DNA from: Aureliella sp.
GTDB taxonomy: Bacteria; Planctomycetota; Planctomycetia; Pirellulales; Pirellulaceae
Length of the DNA: 64,000 nt
Direction of reading: 5' to 3'
Assembly: GCA_963691875.1 (NCBI GenBank)
Contig: OY829846.1
Span: 2,848,001 to 2,912,000 of the forward strand
Positions 30,367 through 41,157 of the stretch are shown here, in pieces. The notes below the pieces were generated by a model. The model ran no database searches. It had not been told where the DNA came from and saw nothing but the letters and a program-made list of their open reading frames with translations. The stretch's first letter is position 1. The number at the start of each line of letters is the position of its first letter. The position numbers and the translations under genes were made by a program.

Positions 30367-30855
30367 TTACTCAGTTCGGCAGACCCACAAAGTCAGTGTT
30401 CGAAGACTAAAGGTCAACGCTGCAATGACGATCATCGCCGGAACTAGATACATGACTGAATAGGTGGAAACTAAGACTACCAAGCCAACCCAGGCGAAAG
30501 TCAAGAGACCTCCCAGTGGCGCGATGAGTCCAACGACGGTGATGCGTTTAAGAGTCGACAACTCGATATTCTTCGGGAGCAACAAAAGGCCCAACGCCAA
30601 AGTCGATACCGAGAATAGAAGGCCAATCACCAAAACGGTCGATTGCAAGAAAAGCGTCTGCGTTTTTAGTGGAATTAACAGACCTACAAAAGAGAAGAAT
30701 ACTCCCATTGTCAGCGGGAGTGTAAGGAGATCACTGATAGTCGCACGGGTTGGAAATGCCACGGTTGCTTCGTGATTTGTAAAGAACGGGGCGAAAATCA
30801 GCCAGCCAATTACTCCCGTCACCCCGAGGTAAGGTATCCCAAATATTTCCAGCAT
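30367..30855 (-). CDS. Hypothetical membrane protein
   Basis: 162 aa, with about five hydrophobic segments. Confidence 0.6.
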   Translation of the reverse strand: MLEIFGIPYLGVTGVIGWLIFAPFFTNHEATVAFPTRATISDLLTLPLTMGVFFSFVGLLIPLKTQTLFLQSTVLVIGLLFSVSTLALGLLLLPKNIELSTLKRITVVGLIAPLGGLLTFAWVGLVVLVSTYSVMYLVPAMIVIAALTFSLRTLTLWVCRTE

Positions 30856-31256
30856 TGACAGTCAGTCATCCAAGCCCCAAAACACACCCCAGTCGACGTA
30901 TCAGTGCGGTCTCGCTGGCAAGCTTGACCGCTAGCTCCACACCGTCTGGACGCTACTTCAGGGAATTATGGTCGGCAGACAAGTCTCCAGCATAGCGTTG
31001 TGTTTTCCTGTGGTGTTAGTTTCTGAGCCGGAATAGAGACCAGGAGTTCAACAGCAACTTCGAACTAAAACATCCTAGCTCAGTATTCGAGAGATTATCG
31101 CCAAGGTCTTCGTGATCTACTTCTCTGGCCGGCTCGGCTTTCTTCGAGTATCTCGCGTGCACAATCGCGGCTTCGTGTTCTTAATACATCAGTGGGCTCT
31201 CCGTTCTCTCATTTAATGGGAGTATCCCCCTTCAGAATGCGATTTACTGATGCAAC

Positions 31257-32010
31257 TTATTGTTCCAAACGTTCGTCATCGGGTCTGATTTCCAAGCCTC
31301 GTTTCGCATAAATCAATGCTGTGTCGGTACGGCCGTTGTCTAGGAATGCCTGCGCCGTTTTTCGCAACAGCCAGGCCTTACCAGGGGTCGCTTCGTTATC
31401 GTACTCCATGAGTCGCAGGCCTTCTTCGATGCGGCGATCAGAAATGAGCTTTTCTGAGAGTTGCAGAAGGGACCCACCCCAGGCGGCTTTCTTGCCATTA
31501 CGCTCGAACCATGCAATCGCGGCCTCAGCTCCCTCTGAGTTGACAATCCAGTACAGCCTTTGGTCCTGGGGAAGCCGAGCCTTGCTTGCATGCGATACGG
31601 CTGTCCCGTGATGACGTGAATCAATTCTGTATTCAACCTCACTATGGCATTCCAAACGTCCGAACTACCGATGCGATCACCTTGATTGCAGATTATGACG
31701 ATGAATGCATCGTCCTCTACCAGTCGACTCTCCATCGCGCGAAAACCGTAAATCGCGCCGCCGTGGTTGACGACTTTGGTCTTTTGTTTCGTCAGGGGGT
31801 GGGTGCGCGAATAAATCTGCCAGCCGTAGCCGTAGATACTCCGTGACCTACCTCCTGCTGCCTTGACCTCGGGAACCTCGTTGTTAGGGCGAAACATTAG
31901 GTCGCGATATTGTTTGCCTAAGACCTGGCCGGTACACAAGGCGCGGTCCCACAAGAACATATCCTCGACCGTGGAGTAAATTGCCCCGGCTGCTACGGTA
32001 GTTGACTCGA
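31257..32010 (-). pseudogene. Serine hydrolase (beta-lactamase family) C-terminal remnant with a TPR tail
   Basis: AAGAIYSTVEDMFLWDRAL, YGYGW and NHGGAIYGF, a frameshift near 31590 into a TPR-like segment, and no SxxK-bearing N-terminal half. Confidence 0.75.
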
Positions 32011-32247
32011 ATTTTCTTTGCGGCGGAATCGGAATCGAGGGCAGTTGCCTTGTCCGCGATATCACTACATCCGCCAAGACAAAACCGTAAAGCAGGCAAC
32101 GTTGCTGTAGAGCAGACAAAATGCAATTCATGCCTTTGTAGTCGGCAGTGCAAAAGAAAACACCCTGCTGCCCAATGGGGCGCTAGAAAAAAACTTGAGC
32201 GTTAGCATGCCGTAACCAACGCTCAAGTGTTAGCACGGAAGCCAATC

Positions 32248-33756
32248 TTAGTCGTCTGCTTTGCTGGCATCCTTGATGACAAAGCGAGCCTGAAGTCGTG
32301 CTACTTCGCTGGCCAACTCGGCTTTCTTCACGGAGCTGAGAACTTCATTGAAATCCTTGTATGCCGCCGGAGCCTCATCCTTCGGATACTGGCGGCAATT
32401 ACTCAGGATGTCGTGCTGCTCCAACTCTTGGTCGATCTGCGTCTGATCCAAAGCTCGCTTCGCCGCCTTGCGTCCGAGGATCCGACCCGCGCCGTGATTC
32501 ACGCTAAAGCAAGACTTCTCCGCGCCAGGATCGGCCACCATAACAGCAGAACCATCTCGTGGATTTCCTGGCAACAGGATTGGATGTCCTGTCTCAGCGA
32601 ACGCTGTCTCACGCAACGAGTGATGACCAGCTGGCATTGCTCGAGTCGCACCCTTGCGGTGTACCCAAGCTGGAGCATTATTCACAATTTCCTTACGAGC
32701 AATGTTGTGGCTAATAAAGTACACCAGCGATCCCGTTACACCCGGCATCACTTCTTGGAATGCTTCCAACACCAAGGCGTTGATGAGCATGTGGTTCACG
32801 GTCGCGAAGTTCGCTCCGAGAGCCATGTCATCCAAGTAATCATTGGCTTGCGGCGTTCCAAGCGGTGCATAAACCAGTTCTCGGTCATTGCCCGGCAGCG
32901 GAATGCTCCATTGAGCAAATTTCTGCTGCAACGCTTTGAACTGACCTGTCGCTAAGTTATGACCGAAGCCGCGTGATCCACAGTGCGACAAGAAAGCTAC
33001 CTTTCCGTCGCATAGACCGAATGCCTCAGCTACCTTTTGAGCTCTCGCATCCTCGCCCACCCGTACGACTTCGCACTCACCGAAGTGGTTGCCGCCGTAG
33101 GAACCAAGCTGGGCCATCTTTTCGTCGAAGCGCGACATCTGCTTCTCGTCAGATAAGTTGTCCAGTCGCTTGGCGAGAGCTTCGCGCGTATCGTCATGAC
33201 CAACATGGAACGCATCCTCGCAGCGCTCTGCCCACTCGGCTGGAATACCAAGTTGCTCACACACAGACTGGCTCGCACCTTCGACGACCAACTGTTTTCC
33301 CAGCTCGCGCGAAACACGACGCGACTTTCCGACGCTTCGCTGTCCCTTGCCAGCACCGGTTGGCGTACGTTCGCACACGGCAGAAATCAGAGCACGTCGT
33401 GTCCTGCGGTCCTCGATTTCTTCCTCAGGAACATCCAGCTGCAACAGGCTCATCGAACACTTGATGTCCACGCCCACCGGGCCTGGATAAACGTGCGTTG
33501 GAGAAACCATCACGCAGCCGACGGGAGCACCGTAACCTAAGTGCGCATCGGGATTGATCACCAGATCCGTGACGCCGGGCGCCAACCGCGAGTTCACAGC
33601 TTGTTGCAAGCACGCTTCGCCAAAGGTCTCGCGAATCGCTTCCGTACCGATAACCGTAATGGGCTTGGTATCACCGGTTGGCAGAATGGCAGTTGCGGCA
33701 CCGGTCTCAATCATCTTCAACCTGGAATCCGTCGCGTTCTGCATCGTTGCAGACAT
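32248..33756 (-). CDS. rtcB: RtcB family RNA 2',3'-cyclic phosphate/5'-OH ligase
   Basis: Motifs PDAHLGYGAPVG, VGVDIKC, GNHF, HCGSRGFGH, HN, HRKGAT, HGAGR and DEAPAAYK. RBS AAAGGAG. Confidence 0.92.
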   Translation of the reverse strand: MSATMQNATDSRLKMIETGAATAILPTGDTKPITVIGTEAIRETFGEACLQQAVNSRLAPGVTDLVINPDAHLGYGAPVGCVMVSPTHVYPGPVGVDIKCSMSLLQLDVPEEEIEDRRTRRALISAVCERTPTGAGKGQRSVGKSRRVSRELGKQLVVEGASQSVCEQLGIPAEWAERCEDAFHVGHDDTREALAKRLDNLSDEKQMSRFDEKMAQLGSYGGNHFGECEVVRVGEDARAQKVAEAFGLCDGKVAFLSHCGSRGFGHNLATGQFKALQQKFAQWSIPLPGNDRELVYAPLGTPQANDYLDDMALGANFATVNHMLINALVLEAFQEVMPGVTGSLVYFISHNIARKEIVNNAPAWVHRKGATRAMPAGHHSLRETAFAETGHPILLPGNPRDGSAVMVADPGAEKSCFSVNHGAGRILGRKAAKRALDQTQIDQELEQHDILSNCRQYPKDEAPAAYKDFNEVLSSVKKAELASEVARLQARFVIKDASKADD

Positions 33757-34167
33757 CTCGTCTCCTTTTGCTACTTCTCTCAGTCTATTAGAAATAGCAG
33801 GACCAAGGTCGAGCCAATAGGGTTCAGCACAGTGCGCAAACTAATCGCGAATTCTTTTCGCCAACAAAATATTCTCCATCACGCAATTAAACTATCAGCG
33901 TGAGTCGCCAAGACCTTCAGCATCCCTTGGTAAGACCGATGCTGGCTTGCAAAGGAAGTGCCTATGCTCTGACGAGATCAGCGACGAGGAAGCCCCCAGG
34001 CTCCAATCGAGGGTGACGACGGAGGAGAGCAAATTTTTATGAAATTTTGGTTTAACTCGTCACGAAATACAGTGCATGTCCGATTCCGGGTTTACGAAAA
34101 CCTACACTCCAACTAGCCTGCACTGTACTCTCCTGCCCCCGGAAAGATTTAGCCCGCAAGGAAAGGT

Positions 34168-35049
34168 GTGAACCGACAACAAGTTTGGGAGCACGTGCTT
34201 GGTCACGCTGGCTCCATCTCGCACGATCTCGTTCTCGCCGCAGAAGCCGCAAGAGCAGCCGGCGAAGTCATTCTGGCTGGTCAAGAGAAGCTATCGAATG
34301 GCGAAACCACCGTCGAGCAAAAAGGGGTCGGGGACTTGGTTTCTCAAGTCGACCGTGATGCGGACTTGGCTGCCACCGAAATTCTTCGCTCCGCCAGCGA
34401 TTTGGCAATTCTCTCTGAAGAATTGCATGACGACGTGGCGGAGCAAGACGACATGTGGATCGTCGATCCGCTGGATGCCTCCAGTGCCTATTTGATGCAA
34501 GCCGGAGTTCAGTATCCGGCTGTGTTGGTCGCCCTGCGTCAGGGCGGTGATACGGTTCTGGGGGTCAATTACTTTCCGCTGACCGGCGAATGGTTTTATG
34601 CTCAGAAGTCACGAGGGGCTTGGCGTGATGGCAAGCGATTGATCTCCAACTCGGATGAGAGCTTGTCGGAAATTTGGGTAGAGATGAATCAGTACGGTGC
34701 TTCCGAGCACGAAACCGAATACTTTTCGAATCTTCGCAATCGCCTCCGATCGTCTTCGGGCGCTCAACTCGTTACCACCAATGTCCCGCACTCAGGCGTT
34801 GCAGTTAGAATCGCTCAGGGACTTTCTTCCCTAGCCGCTGCCATACACGACAATAACCCCGAGTCCGTCAAACAAGGTGTTTGGGACATCGCGGCACCGC
34901 AGGTTATTCTGGAAGAAGCTGGTGGCGTGTTTGTGAATCCGGAAGGTCGCCGCACTGATCCCTTCACGGTCGAGCCTATCATCGTGGCACGCACGCCCGA
35001 AATCGCCAAGCACATCATCGACCTCGGTCGGAGCTTATCTGTCGGGTGA
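34168..35049 (+). CDS. Inositol monophosphatase family protein
   Basis: Motifs DLVSQVDR, ILSEE, WIVDPLDAS and WDIAA...EEAGG. Confidence 0.85.
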   Translation: MNRQQVWEHVLGHAGSISHDLVLAAEAARAAGEVILAGQEKLSNGETTVEQKGVGDLVSQVDRDADLAATEILRSASDLAILSEELHDDVAEQDDMWIVDPLDASSAYLMQAGVQYPAVLVALRQGGDTVLGVNYFPLTGEWFYAQKSRGAWRDGKRLISNSDESLSEIWVEMNQYGASEHETEYFSNLRNRLRSSSGAQLVTTNVPHSGVAVRIAQGLSSLAAAIHDNNPESVKQGVWDIAAPQVILEEAGGVFVNPEGRRTDPFTVEPIIVARTPEIAKHIIDLGRSLSVG

Positions 35050-35159
35050 CCAGAGCCTCATTATTGCTCACAATAAGTGCGAAGGTTCACGTGTTGCGAT
35101 CATTCCCAGAGCTCTTTGTGTTCTGGAATCTTAGGAATGACATCCGAATTCACGAACAT

Positions 35160-35650
35160 GAAGCGGTTCATCTCGATAGCACGTTCGATCTTGTTTGCAG
35201 TGAGTGAGGCATATTGACCGACTCGCTCCGTGCATTCTTACTCGGATAAGTCTCCGCGTTGTTGCGTCACCGTCGCTGCTCGTGCTGCGATACGCGCGGC
35301 TTCGGCCCAGAAACCTGAGGGCTTGTCTTCGAGTAGTTTTTCAGCTGCTTTCACGCTCTCATCTATTTTGCAATATGCTACGTTGACTGCGAGCAGTTTT
35401 GGCTTCACCATGGGAACACATCTTCTTCCAGTTTCAGAGCCCCCTCTCAACTCTTCTGTGCACCGGTGCAGTATTGCAGTCGGTCGAGCAAGTCGGATTG
35501 ATACACGTAAGACAGAAATAAGAAGTGCATCAGCATGCGTTTGTTGGGTCTCTTCTCCTGAGCCGGCTCCAGCATGTCGATAGCTTGGTCAAAGCTCTCT
35601 TTCGACTCCTGGCTAGGCCCCAGCTGATTCAACGCGGCTGCTCTGTTCGT
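35160..35650 (-). pseudogene. Decayed fragment of a helical (TPR-like) protein
   Basis: Protein-like pieces broken by stops and shifts (SFDQAIDMLE..., AAEKLLEDKP...AARIAARAA). Family not identified; boundaries approximate. Confidence 0.3.
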
Positions 35651-35759
35651 CAGTGAATAAGTCTATTTGATTGGTAACAAGACGGCAGTTTAGAATGCCA
35701 ACAATGCTCTTGAAAAGATTGTCAGCATGCGTAAAATGAGGGCGCATGCAGCAGCATCA

Positions 35760-35833
35760 GCGTCCGTGGCGCAACTGGATAGCGCATCGGTCTTCGGAAC
35801 CGAGGGTTGCAGGTTCGAATCCTGCCGGGCGTG
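35760..35833 (+). tRNA. tRNA-Arg(TCG)
   Basis: Cloverleaf with acceptor GCGTCCG/CGGGCGT, D-arm GCGC-aactggata-GCGC, anticodon arm TCGGT-ctTCGga-ACCGA and T-arm GCAGG-TTCGAAT-CCTGC. CCA is not encoded. Confidence 0.96.
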
Positions 35834-36524
35834 CTCTTTCTATTCCGAACTTGTCTTTCCCTATGAGTTCGATTCTTTGATTTGGCTACCGGCACCTCCA
35901 GTACAGTTCGGTATCATCCTTCTTCTTCATTTTGCCGATACAGCCTTACGATTGCTCACGACGACGTACGAAGTTGTTGGTGAGCTCATTTAGAGTGAAG
36001 CCATTTGCGGTCCAAACCACTGCGACGGTCGTGGTCATTGGCTCGGTAGCCATCTGGTATCGCGGGTTGCTGGTGTGCCCCGAAACCAAGGAATAGAGCG
36101 AAACGATTGCTCCGTAACTCGGAGCTTCACAAGATTCTTAGATTGGCCGGAACGCTCAGAAAAGATTTCCGAAAGAGGTTACTAACACGCTGGATCAAGC
36201 ATTGCAGTCCTGCACGAAGGTAACTGCTAAAAGGCAATGGCAGGCAAGACGAGGCCGATTGTCCGTCTATCGGGTTATTGGGACGGAGGCGGCGATTCAC
36301 TGTGGTTTCATTAATCCGCTGGAGTTCCTTCGGAATGCCAGGCTAGTTCTTTCCAAAGGTGAAACTTTGATTAGCCCTAGCGTCCACTTAAGCGATCAAG
36401 CTTTTGATGAGAAAACAGGCTAACATATTTCAAGGTGCGAATCTCTGGAGTTGAAGCAGCCACCCTTGATGGCAAACTTCTGCATTACGGCCTCTTGTTC
36501 GTTTAGTTCAGTTCAAAACCCACA

Positions 36525-37748
36525 TTGGGAGTTCGCTTGACTACCTCATCAAACCAATCCGTTCAGACCTTTTGCTTGGCGGTTATCGCCGTAGCAGTCC
36601 TTACATACATGGTCTTCTGGCTCAGACCAGTGCTAGTGCCGTTCGTTGTGGCTCTGTTCGTAGTGAGTGGAATCACGCCGATCCTGGAAACCGTAGAACG
36701 CCACTTAAAAGTAAATCGACTGATCGCTTCCGTGATTGCGTTCGTGGCTGGACTGTTTGTGCTGCTGCTTCTTAGCATTTGTCTTTGGGGATCGGTTCAG
36801 CAACTCGCGAATCAGGGCACGGCGTATCGGACGCGGATTGCGAAACTCCTGACCAATGTCCAATCATGGGTGCCGGCAAGTCTGCTGCCAACCTCAACTG
36901 CTTTTGGTTTTGGGGATGCCCAGGCCGACGACAGTCCGTCAGCTGAAAGCAGTAGTGAAGAAACTCAGGTCACATCCGAGGCCACCTCCGGCGTCGCGTC
37001 CGATGACAGTGAGCCCGCCGACTCTTTGGCGGAAAACAACCAGGCAACCGATTTGATTTCCGGTTCGGCTAGCTTCCGCAATGCGATCGACGGCTTCGTC
37101 CGCCGCGGCCTTGGTCAAATCACCTCGGCGCTTTTGGAGTTTTTCTCGACGAGCGTAGTTGTTCTGATCTACGTATTCTTCATCCTCCTAGGCTCCGAAG
37201 ACTCAACCCGACTCACGCCCTCGATCAGCGCTGTCGACCAGCAGGTGCGGTCCTATCTCTTCCTCAAGACTGTGATCTCAATTCTGACGGGACTCGTTTT
37301 CGGCGCTGCATTGTGGCTGTTCGGAGTCCCTATGGCTCTAACCTTTGGTCTCCTTGCGTTCCTCCTGAACTATATTCCCAACATTGGACCTGTGGTCGCG
37401 AGTCTACTTCCCATTCCATTTATTCTCCTCAGCCCGGATGGATCTGCTTTGTGGATGGTTGCTGCAATCATTGTCACGATGGCCATTCAAGTGGTCAGTG
37501 GAAGTGTTGTTGAACCCAAGTTGATGGGCGACAGTTCCGATCTTCACCCAGTCGTCATTCTGCTTGCCCTGATGTTCTGGGGAATGATGTGGGGCATCAC
37601 GGGCATGTTTCTCGCTACGCCGATCACTGCCGGAATCAAGATCGTTATGGAAGGATATACATCCACCAAACCAATCGCCAATCTCATGGCTGGTCGTTTC
37701 GATCGCACGGATCGCACTGAGCCTTCAACCGAAACAAACGTCGCTTAG
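36525..37748 (+). CDS. AI-2E family transporter
   Basis: Motifs LNYIPNIG, VVEPKLMG..DLHPVVIL and WGITGMFLATP. Start codon uncertain. Confidence 0.88.
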   Translation: MGVRLTTSSNQSVQTFCLAVIAVAVLTYMVFWLRPVLVPFVVALFVVSGITPILETVERHLKVNRLIASVIAFVAGLFVLLLLSICLWGSVQQLANQGTAYRTRIAKLLTNVQSWVPASLLPTSTAFGFGDAQADDSPSAESSSEETQVTSEATSGVASDDSEPADSLAENNQATDLISGSASFRNAIDGFVRRGLGQITSALLEFFSTSVVVLIYVFFILLGSEDSTRLTPSISAVDQQVRSYLFLKTVISILTGLVFGAALWLFGVPMALTFGLLAFLLNYIPNIGPVVASLLPIPFILLSPDGSALWMVAAIIVTMAIQVVSGSVVEPKLMGDSSDLHPVVILLALMFWGMMWGITGMFLATPITAGIKIVMEGYTSTKPIANLMAGRFDRTDRTEPSTETNVA

Positions 37749-37905
37749 AGCAGATTCGCATTTTCCAAGTGTCAGCAAAGTGCTCTTGGGAGGCACAGCC
37801 CAAGTAGCACTGGAACGTGGTCTATAGCAAATCGAAGAACGCTATAGCGGCTGCAACTGTTTGAATCGGTATCTTGACAAGATTCTGACCCAGCAGATAC
37901 GCCCG

Positions 37906-40900
37906 CTAGTCGTTTGCGACTTCTTTCGTAGCCGAGGTTTTCTTCGCCAAAACGTAGAAGAACACGGGTGTTAGGAAGATGCCAAAGAAAGTCACACCAA
38001 GCATTCCGGCAAAGACTGCTATGCCGAGCGGTTGTCGCATCTCCGCTCCGGCGCCCGTAGCGAGAGCCAAAGGAACAACCCCGAGAATAAAGGCTAGGGA
38101 AGTCATCACAATCGGCCTTAAGCGAAGCCGGCAAGCCTCGATCGTTGCATCGAACTTTGCCATGCCCTTGGTCTGCGATTCTTTTGCAAACTCAACGATT
38201 AAGATCGCGTTTTTACTGGCCAATCCGACGAGGACTACAAATCCAATTTGAACGAAGATATTGATATCCAAGCCCGCCCAGGCGATTCCTACGACGCTAC
38301 TCAACAAACACATAGGCACCACGAGCACTACTGCGAAAGGGAGTCGCACGCTTTCGTATTGTGCCGCTAGAACGAGCACGACAAGCACGACAGCGATTCC
38401 GAATACCACCAGTGCCGTGCTTCCTGCCTGGATCTGCAAATAAGTTAGTTCTGTCCACTGTGCGTCCATCCCATTGGGCAGAGAATCTGCCACTAAGGTT
38501 TCGACCATGTTGACCACTTGTCCCGAACTAACGCCTGGTACCGACATACCGTTGATGGCCGCCGCATTGAATCCGTTGTACCGAGTGACTCCGTCCGGTC
38601 CCGTTACCTCTCGTACACTCACGAGTGATCCAAGTGGAACAAGCTCGCCGGTAACACTCTTCACTCGAAACTTCGCAATTTGGTCGGGGCTCAGGCGAAA
38701 CTTCGGATCGGCTTGCACATTGACTTGCCAGGTTCGTCCGAACTGATTGAAGTCGTTTGCGTAGTTGCCGCCTAGGAACGTCTGTAGGGTTCCGAACACT
38801 TCGCTTAGCGGCACTCCCATTGTCTTGCATTTCAGCCGATCCACGTCGACGTACATCTGCGGAGTGTTCGATCGGAATCCATTTGCCATTCCGAGAATCC
38901 CAGGCAACTGGGTACCCTGCTGGGCCAGTTGGTCTGCATTCTCTTGCAGGCTGTCGAGGCCATAGGAGGCCACGTCACGAATCATGATCTTGAATCCACC
39001 ACCGGTACCGAGTCCATCTACAGGAGGCGGGCCGAACACGGAGACTTTGCCGTCGAAAATCTTCTGTGCCGCGAGCTTTCGAATCGCCATGGAGATCGCC
39101 GCCGCAGCTTCCTCCGGAGATTCTCGGTGATGAAATTCATCCAGGATGACAAAGATCGAACCGAAGTTGGGACCAACTGTTCCTTGGATAAACGACTGTC
39201 CAACGACGCTCATTGAGTGCGCTACTCCGGGTACTCCGCCACCATTCTTGTGTTCCTGTCCCTCTTGGCCATGGTCGTGTTCCGCGTCTCCCGAGGCACC
39301 AACAAGGATCTGGTCAAGGCTTTGCATGACCTTGGTAGTTCGCTCCAGAGATGCTGAGTCGGGCAGTCGAACATCTACCAACAAATAGCCCTTGTCCTGA
39401 CTCGGTATAAAGCCCGCGGGTACAGTGGTCATTGCGAAATAGGTTCCGCCCAACAGCCCTCCGTAGACCAAGAGAACAACAAAACTCAGACGCAACAACC
39501 AGCGCGCAATTCCAGCGTAGGTGTTAGATGCAAAATCGAAGAGCGAATTGAAGCCCTTGAATAGCCAACCGAAAAGCAGGTTGATGAGCCTAGTAAGAAC
39601 ATCCTTCTGATCCTTCTTTGGCTTGAGGAGCAGTGCACAGAGTGCCGGGCTCAGCGTCAGCGAGTTCACCGCCGAGAAAAAGGTTGAAACGGCGATGGTT
39701 ACTGCAAACTGTCGGAAAAACTGCCCCGTGATCCCTGAGATGAAGATGCAGGGAATGAAAACGCACATCAACACCAAGGAAATGGCGATAATCGGAGCGG
39801 TCACTTCTGTCATCGCTTCACGCGTAGCCTCGCGTGCTGAACTGCCATGCTCCAGTTTGTGTTCCACGGCTTCGACCACGACAATCGCGTCGTCGACAAC
39901 AATTCCGATGGCAAGAACGAGACCGAACAAGGAAAGATTGTTGATGCTATAGCCCAACCCTGCCATGACGGCGAACGTTCCGATGATGGCAACCGGCACT
40001 GCGACCAGCGGAATCACAGCCGCCCGCCAAGACTGCAGGAACAAAAGCACTACAACGGCAACTAGGAAGATCGCATCACGAAGTGCCTTAAAAACTTCTG
40101 CGATCGACTCCGAGATGAAGGGGGTGGTGTCGTAGACAATCTGGTAATCCACACCTGGGGGAAAACTGGCCTTCAGTTCTTCAATTCGTGCACGAACTAG
40201 ATTCGCTGTTTCGAGGGCATTCGAACCAGGCAGTTGATAGATGGCGATTCCGACCGATGGAGAGCCGTCAAGATTGCAAGAGGTGTCCGAGTTCTTCGAA
40301 CCGAGCGCGATGCCACCACTCGATCCTCCACCGGCAAGTTCCCTCTCGTCACTTACGATGTCACTGAGCCGAACGACGCGGCCGTCGGCCCCTTGCTTCA
40401 CAATAATGTCACCGAACTCGGCAGGATCGGTCAATCGACCTTTGGTACTCAGCGTGTATTGAAACGCTTCGCCAGCGGGGACCGGTGGCCTTCCGATCGC
40501 ACCCGCGGCAACCTGAACGTTCTGCTCTCTAAGTGCCGCCATCACGTCGGACGCACTCAAACCGAGTCCGGTCATCCGATCTGGATCCAACCATACTCGC
40601 ATGCTGTAGTCGCGTTGGCCGAGTAGCCCTACATCGCCCACGCCCGGGATGCGCGCCAACTCGTCCCTCAAGCGGATCGTCGAGAAGTTGCTCAAATAAA
40701 GCTGATCACGTGAATTGTCTGGCGAGACTAGGTTGACGACTAGCAAGATGCTCGGCGAGCGTTTCTTAACGCTAACCCCCGTCTGCTTGACCTCCTCTGG
40801 CAAACTTGGAGTCGCTAGGTTGACTCGGTTTTGAACCATCACTTGCGCCGAGTCGAGATCCGTTCCTAAGGCGAAGGTCACAGTCAGGTTGTAAGCACCA

Positions 40901-41157
40901 TCATTGGTCGACTGGCTGGACATGTACAACATGTTCTCAACACCAGTCACCTGTTGCTCGATGGAAGCACCGACGGTTTCCGCCACGACCGTGCTATTGG
41001 CACCTGGATAGACACAAGAAACTTGCACTGCCGGCGGTGCGATCTCGGGGTATTGCGCTACGGGCAGCGTACCAACAAACACCGCTCCAGCGAGCGTGAT
41101 CAGAACGGAAAGTACACCCGCGAAAATTGGGCGATCAATGAAGAAATGTGGAATCAC
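37906..41157 (-). CDS. RND efflux permease (HAE1/AcrB family)
   Basis: Motifs FFIDRPIFA, LPVAQYPEIAPP, GIVVDDAIVVVE, KNAILIVEFA and RLRPIVMTS. Confidence 0.95.
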   Translation of the reverse strand: MIPHFFIDRPIFAGVLSVLITLAGAVFVGTLPVAQYPEIAPPAVQVSCVYPGANSTVVAETVGASIEQQVTGVENMLYMSSQSTNDGAYNLTVTFALGTDLDSAQVMVQNRVNLATPSLPEEVKQTGVSVKKRSPSILLVVNLVSPDNSRDQLYLSNFSTIRLRDELARIPGVGDVGLLGQRDYSMRVWLDPDRMTGLGLSASDVMAALREQNVQVAAGAIGRPPVPAGEAFQYTLSTKGRLTDPAEFGDIIVKQGADGRVVRLSDIVSDERELAGGGSSGGIALGSKNSDTSCNLDGSPSVGIAIYQLPGSNALETANLVRARIEELKASFPPGVDYQIVYDTTPFISESIAEVFKALRDAIFLVAVVVLLFLQSWRAAVIPLVAVPVAIIGTFAVMAGLGYSINNLSLFGLVLAIGIVVDDAIVVVEAVEHKLEHGSSAREATREAMTEVTAPIIAISLVLMCVFIPCIFISGITGQFFRQFAVTIAVSTFFSAVNSLTLSPALCALLLKPKKDQKDVLTRLINLLFGWLFKGFNSLFDFASNTYAGIARWLLRLSFVVLLVYGGLLGGTYFAMTTVPAGFIPSQDKGYLLVDVRLPDSASLERTTKVMQSLDQILVGASGDAEHDHGQEGQEHKNGGGVPGVAHSMSVVGQSFIQGTVGPNFGSIFVILDEFHHRESPEEAAAAISMAIRKLAAQKIFDGKVSVFGPPPVDGLGTGGGFKIMIRDVASYGLDSLQENADQLAQQGTQLPGILGMANGFRSNTPQMYVDVDRLKCKTMGVPLSEVFGTLQTFLGGNYANDFNQFGRTWQVNVQADPKFRLSPDQIAKFRVKSVTGELVPLGSLVSVREVTGPDGVTRYNGFNAAAINGMSVPGVSSGQVVNMVETLVADSLPNGMDAQWTELTYLQIQAGSTALVVFGIAVVLVVLVLAAQYESVRLPFAVVLVVPMCLLSSVVGIAWAGLDINIFVQIGFVVLVGLASKNAILIVEFAKESQTKGMAKFDATIEACRLRLRPIVMTSLAFILGVVPLALATGAGAEMRQPLGIAVFAGMLGVTFFGIFLTPVFFYVLAKKTSATKEVAND

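Noticed and set aside
32227..32955. Long antisense ORFs (for example 32227-32955, 24774-25397, 47321-48010, 60706-61437)
   Set aside because: They are shadows of well-supported genes on the opposite strand and show no recognisable motifs.
33757..34167. Sigma-54 promoter for rtcB (also checked near 47500)
   Set aside because: The candidate TGGC sites lack a correctly spaced TTGC element.
35760..36500. tRNA-Arg as an island integration site
   Set aside because: No integrase and no duplicated tRNA 3' end were noticed in the window.
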